Shown here piece after piece: positions 58,983 to 64,000 of a stretch of 64,000 nucleotides of DNA. The stretch is from Somniosus microcephalus. Taxonomy: Eukaryota. Below the pieces are notes generated by a model. It did no database searches, had not been told where the DNA came from, and worked only from the letters and a program-made list of their open reading frames with translations. The stretch lies in contig CM126212.1 of NCBI GenBank assembly GCA_052327205.1, positions 82,522,001-82,586,000 of the forward strand. The letters run 5' to 3'. A program made the translations under genes and the position numbers. The number at the start of each line of letters is the position of its first letter. The stretch's first letter is position 1.

Positions 58983-59693
58983 TGCCCCTGCCGGTGTGGG
59001 ACTTGTATCTGCCTGTCACGAGTGCTGACTGATCATTGCCCAGTGTTGACCGGGATTTGGAGAAATTTCCCACACGCACCGCTGTATTGGAGCGCCGACC
59101 CGTGGCGGCCGTGTGATTTCCTTTTAAATGTTGACACCGTGTTGACTTCACGCTTAATGCGGGACCGAGGGGTCCGATCAGAAAATATGTCAAAGGAAGG
59201 TTTTTTTTTTCCGTGCGATAGTTGGTGTTTTGCTGTCGGCTGCAAGAGAGCTTGAAGGAATCTCCGACACTGTGTCTGGACTCAACAGTTCATGTGGAAC
59301 CCAATGTGTAAACATGGATCAAAGTGGAAATTCCTTCTCACAAGTCCAAATATTATCCTGCGAAAGAGCGGCTTCAAATTCTTAGCTAACGTTTTACAAA
59401 CTGAGTTTATTTTTTTAAATTTTAAATCAGCCAAAAGGATTCAGTGGAGTGAAGCGTGCGGGGGTCGGCCTGTGTTCCAAGAGCTGTCAGAGAGCTCTGG
59501 GATCTGGCGGGGCGGGTGGGGGCTCCAATCGCTTGGAAAGTCGTCAGATATCTCTGAGCTGAATTACGTATTTCACTATTGAGCTGACAGTTAAAAAAAT
59601 GTGGGTTTGCAACGATTATATTTTATAAAACAGGAATCAGTCAACAGAAATTCACGTCGCTTTGGCTGCAACATAAATCTAGGATATGATTCA
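58983..59693. promoter_or_regulatory. Unique, moderately CpG-rich island with clustered TF motifs (candidate enhancer/promoter)
   Basis: CCAAT, TGTAAACA, ATCAAAG and TGGAAATTCC within 59301-59334. GC box 59509-59516, CCAAT 59525-59529, kappaB-like site 59062-59071. Confidence 0.3.
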
Positions 59694-62600
59694 AGGGCAA
59701 CAGCGGCACACTGGTGGCAACATGTGAAAACTGGGGGCAACAGCTGGACACTGGTGCAACAGCTGGACACTGGGGGAAACAGTTGGACACCGAAAGTAAC
59801 ATCTGTACACGGGTAGCAGAAGGACATTGGGGACAACATCTGGAAACTGGAGGGTAACAGCTGGACACCGGGGGCAAAATCGGGACACTGGGGGGCAACA
59901 CCGGACACTGGGGCAACATCTGGACACTGGGGGGCAAAGGTTGGATGCCAGGGGGCACCAGCTGGATACTGGCGGCAACATCAGGACACTGGAGGTAACA
60001 ACTGGAAACTGGGGGTAAAAGCTGGACACAGGGCAACAGCTGGACACTGGGGGCAACAGCTGGACACTATGGTAAGAGCTGGACACTGGGGGCAAAAGCT
60101 GGGCACTAGGGTAACAGCTGGACACTGGGGTAACACCTGGACTCTGGGGTAACAGTTGGACACTGGGGCAACAGCTGGAAACTAGGGTAACATCTGGACA
60201 CTGGGGTAACATCTGGACACTGGGGACAACAGCTGGACACTGGGGCAACAGCTGGACACTGGGGCAACAGCAGGACACTAGGGGCAAAAGTGGGACACTG
60301 CGGGCAATATCTGGACACTGGGTCTACATCTCGACACTGGGGCCAACAGTGGGATACCAGGGGGCACCAGCTGGACACTGGTGGCAGCAATTGGACACTG
60401 GAGTAACAGTTGGAAACTGGAGGCAACAGTTGGGCACTAGGGTAACATCTGGACACTGGGGTAACATCTGGACACTGGAGGCAACAGATGGACACTGGGT
60501 TTAATATCTGGGCACTGGGGGCAGCAGCTAGACACTGCAGGCAACAGCTGGACACTGGGGTAACATCTTGACACTGGGGGCAACATCGGGAGGCTGGGGT
60601 AACAGCTGGACACAGTGGCAACAGCTAAACACTGGTGTAACAGCTGGGCACGGGTAACGTCTGGACACTGGATCAACAGCTGCACACTGGATACAACAGC
60701 TGGACACGGGTAACATCTGGACACTTGGGGAAAAAGCTGGTCACCAGGGGCAACAGTTGGACACTGAGGGCATCAGCTTGACACTGGGGCAACAGCGGGA
60801 CACTGGAGCTGCAGCTGAACACTGGGGAACAGCGGGACACTGAGGGCCACCATATGGACATGAGAAAGTAATAACCGGATACTGGGGCAAACTCTCGCGA
60901 CACTGGGGGACAACAGCTGGACACAGGGTGCAACAACTGGACATTGGGGGCAGCATCTGGATATTTTGGCAACAGCTGAACACTGGGGCACAGTGGGTAA
61001 CATCTGGATAGTGGGGGTAACATATGGACACTGGGGGTAACAACTGGTCACAGTGGGTAACATCTGGACAGTGGGGGCAACATCTGGACACTGGGGTAAC
61101 ATCTGGATACTGGTGGTAACAACTGGTCACAGTGGGTAACATCTGGACAGTGGGGGAAACATCTGGATACTGGGGTAACAGTGGGACACTGGGGCTGCAG
61201 GTGGTCATTAGGGCAACAGCGGGACACTGGGGGCACCATCTGGACACTAGAAGGTAGCAGCTGGATTCTGGGGCAAACTCTCTACACTGGGGTCAACAGG
61301 TGGACACGGGGTGCAACAACTGGACATTGGGGGCAGCATCTGGATACTGCAGCAATAGCTGAACAATGGGGCAAGAGGTGGTTACTGGGGCAACAGCAGG
61401 ACAATGGGGCAAGTGCTGGACACTGCAGGCAACCACTGGAAACTGGGGCAACAGCAGGACACTGGGGACAAAAGCTGGACACTGGTGTCACAGCTCAACA
61501 CGGATAAATAACTGGAAACTGGGGTAACAGCAGGACACTGGGGGCAACATCTGGATACTGGGAACAACAGCTGAACACAGAGGCAACAACTGGATACTGG
61601 GGGGTAAAAGTTGAACACTGGGGGAACAGCAGGACACTGGGGCAACATCTGGATACTGGGAGCAACAGCTGGACACCGGGGTAACAGCTGAACATTGGGG
61701 GCTACTGCTGGACACGTGGGTAACAGCTGGACACTCAGCTAACATCTGGACACTGAGGGTAACAGCTTGACACTGAGGGTAACAGCTGGACACTGGGGTA
61801 ACATCTGGACACTGGGGGTAACAACTGGTCACAGTGGGTAACATCTAGACACGGGTAACCACAGGACAGTGGGGGCAACATCTGGAAAATGGAGGGCAAA
61901 CATATGGAAACGGGGGCAAATGTGGGACACTGGGGGCATCATCTGGACACTGGGGCAATATCTGGACTCTGGAGGGGCAACAGGTGGATACCAAGAGGCA
62001 ACAGCTGGACACGGGCAGCAACATCAGGACACTGGGGGAAACAACTGGAAACTGGGGGTAAAATTTGGCACAGGCCAACAGCTGGACACTGAGGGCAACA
62101 GCTGGACACTGGGGCAACAGCTAGATTCTGGCTGCAACAGCTGGAAACTGCGGGCAACAGTTGGACACTGAGGGCAACAGCTGGACACTGGGGCAACAAC
62201 AGGTCACTTGGGCTGCAGCTGGACACTGGGGAAACAGCGGGACACTGGGGCAACAGTTGGACACTGAGGGCAACAGTTGGGCACTAGGGTAACATCTGGA
62301 CACTAGGCTAACATCTGGACACTGGAGGCAGCAGCTGGACACTGGGGTAATATCTGGACACTGGGGGCAACAGCTGGACACTGCAGGCAACAGCTGGACA
62401 CTGGTATAACATCTGGACACTGCGGGCAACATCAGGAGGCTGGGGTAACAGCTGGACACAGTGGCAACAACTAGACACTGGTGTAACAGCTGGACACGGC
62501 TAATGTCTGGACACTGGATCAACAGCTGGACACTGGATGCAACAGCTGTACACTGGGGTAACATCTGGACACTTGGGGGAAAAGCTGGTCACTGGGGGCA

Positions 62601-64000
62601 ACAGTTGGACACTGAGGGAATCAGCTTGACACTGAGGCAACAGCGGGTCATTGGGCCTGCAGCTGAACACTGGGGAAACAGCGGGACACTGAGGGACACC
62701 ATCTGGACACTGGAGTAACATCTGGGCACTGGGGTAACATCTGGATACTGGGGGCAACAGCTGGTCACTGCAGGTAGCATCTGGACGCTGGGGGCAACAT
62801 CAGGAGGCTGGGGAAACAGCTAGACATGGGGTCAACAACTGGACACCGAATGCCTCAGCTGGACACTGGGTAACATCTGGAAACTGGGGGTAACAACTGA
62901 CCACAGTGCATAACATATGGACAGTGGTGGCGACATCTGGACACTGGGGTAACAGCTGGACACAGTGGCAACAGCAGGACAATGGTGTAGCAACTGGACA
63001 CGGGCAATGTCTGTACACTGGATCAACAGCTGGACACTGGATGCAACATAACAACAGAAAATGCTGGAAAAACCCAGCAAGTCAGGCAACATCCGTGGAG
63101 AGAGATTTGAGTTGACGTTTCGGGTTTGACCCTTCTTCAAAACTGGAGCAACAGCTGGACACCGGGGTGACATCTGGGTATAGCATCTGGACACAGGGGC
63201 AACAGTTGTCCATGGGGGCAACAGCTGGTCACTGGGGCAACAGTTGGGCACTGGAATAACAGCTGGATACTGGAAGTGACTGCTGGACACTGGGGGTAAC
63301 AGCTGGAGAAAGGGGTAACAGTGGTGACTCGGGACAAAATCTGGACACATTGGGCAAAATTTGGAGACGAGGGCAACAGCTGGAGACTGGGGAAACAGTT
63401 GGATACTGGGGCAAAAGCGGTTCACTGGGGGCAAGTTCTGGATAGTTGGCAGGAACTGGAAACTGGAGGGCAACAGCTGGACACAGGGGTAACAGCTGGA
63501 CAATGGGAGTGACTGCTGGACACTGGGAGTGATGGCTGGACACTGGGGGCAACATCTGGTCACGGGGGCAGCACTTGGGCACTGGAGGAAACAGCTAGAC
63601 ACAGGGGAATAGCTGGACACAAGGCAACAGCTGGACACTGTTCAGCAGCTGGACACTGAAAGTGACTGCTGGACTCTGGGGGCAACATCTGGACACTGGG
63701 GTAACATCTGGACACTGGGGGAGGCAACATCAGGAGGCTGGAGAGATAGCTGGACACTGGGACAAATAATGGAGATGTATGGCCTCAGCTTGACACTGGG
63801 GTAACATCCGGACACAGAGTGGGTAACATCTGGACAGTGGTGGTAACATCTGGACACTGGGAGAGCAGCTGGACACAGTGGCAAAAGCTGGACACTGGTA
63901 TAGCAACTGGACATGGGCAACGTCTGGACACGGGATGCAACAGCTGTACACTAGGATGATATCTGGACACAGTGGCAACAATTGGACACTGGGGGCAACA
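59694..64000. repeat. Satellite F: ~19-bp (18-21) units, GGGG(C/T)AACA(G/T)CTGGACACT, running off the window end
   Basis: Direct periodicity. Block 60420-60850 recurs at ~62270-62700. Confidence 0.96.
63049..63145 (-). mobile_element. Penelope-like terminal fragment carrying a degenerate minimal hammerhead ribozyme motif
   Basis: A non-satellite insert homologous to 54775-54884. Minus strand 63144-63110 reads AGTT TTGAAGA A GGGT CAA ACCC GAAAC GTC AACT. Confidence 0.6.

Noticed and set aside
57479-63981. Gly/Trp-rich and Cys/Pro-rich (keratin-associated or metallothionein-like) ORFs
   Set aside because: Translations of the 16-bp and 19-bp repeats in all frames with frequent frame-breaking indels.
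11815-64000. Immunoglobulin switch-region resemblance (G-rich repeats with AGCT)
   Set aside because: No Ig constant exons in the window. The similarity is only compositional.
57517-64000. Telomeric repeat
   Set aside because: G-rich, but no TTAGGG arrays.

Overview
This is eukaryotic vertebrate DNA, most consistent with a cartilaginous fish, judging by the CR1 subfamilies, a SacSINE1/AmnSINE1-type Deu-SINE and Penelope-like terminal fragments. About 90% of the window is repetitive. Left to right: a 32/30-bp palindromic satellite (~75-8330) split by a 5'-truncated CR1 LINE; a decayed, nearly full-length minus-strand CR1 (8328-11815) with ORF1 Zn-finger/esterase and ORF2 APE-RT, sitting at the border of two satellites; a ~38-kb 25-bp satellite (11815-49678) with layered higher-order repeats (including 4 near-identical 1220-bp copies) and two CR1 insertions; a unique, CpG-rich zone (49680-52960) with a candidate minus-strand promoter and small exons around a 32-bp minisatellite; a tRNA-derived Deu-SINE whose core has expanded into a 33-bp array; two CR1 fragments; a G4-prone 16-bp minisatellite; a short motif-rich unique island; and a 19-bp satellite running to the window end with a Penelope-like, hammerhead-bearing insert. 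I found no intact protein-coding gene and no CRISPR array. The many long Cys/His/Thr/Leu-rich ORFs are translation artefacts of the tandem repeats. All family assignments come from motif recognition, not database searches, and boundaries are approximate.
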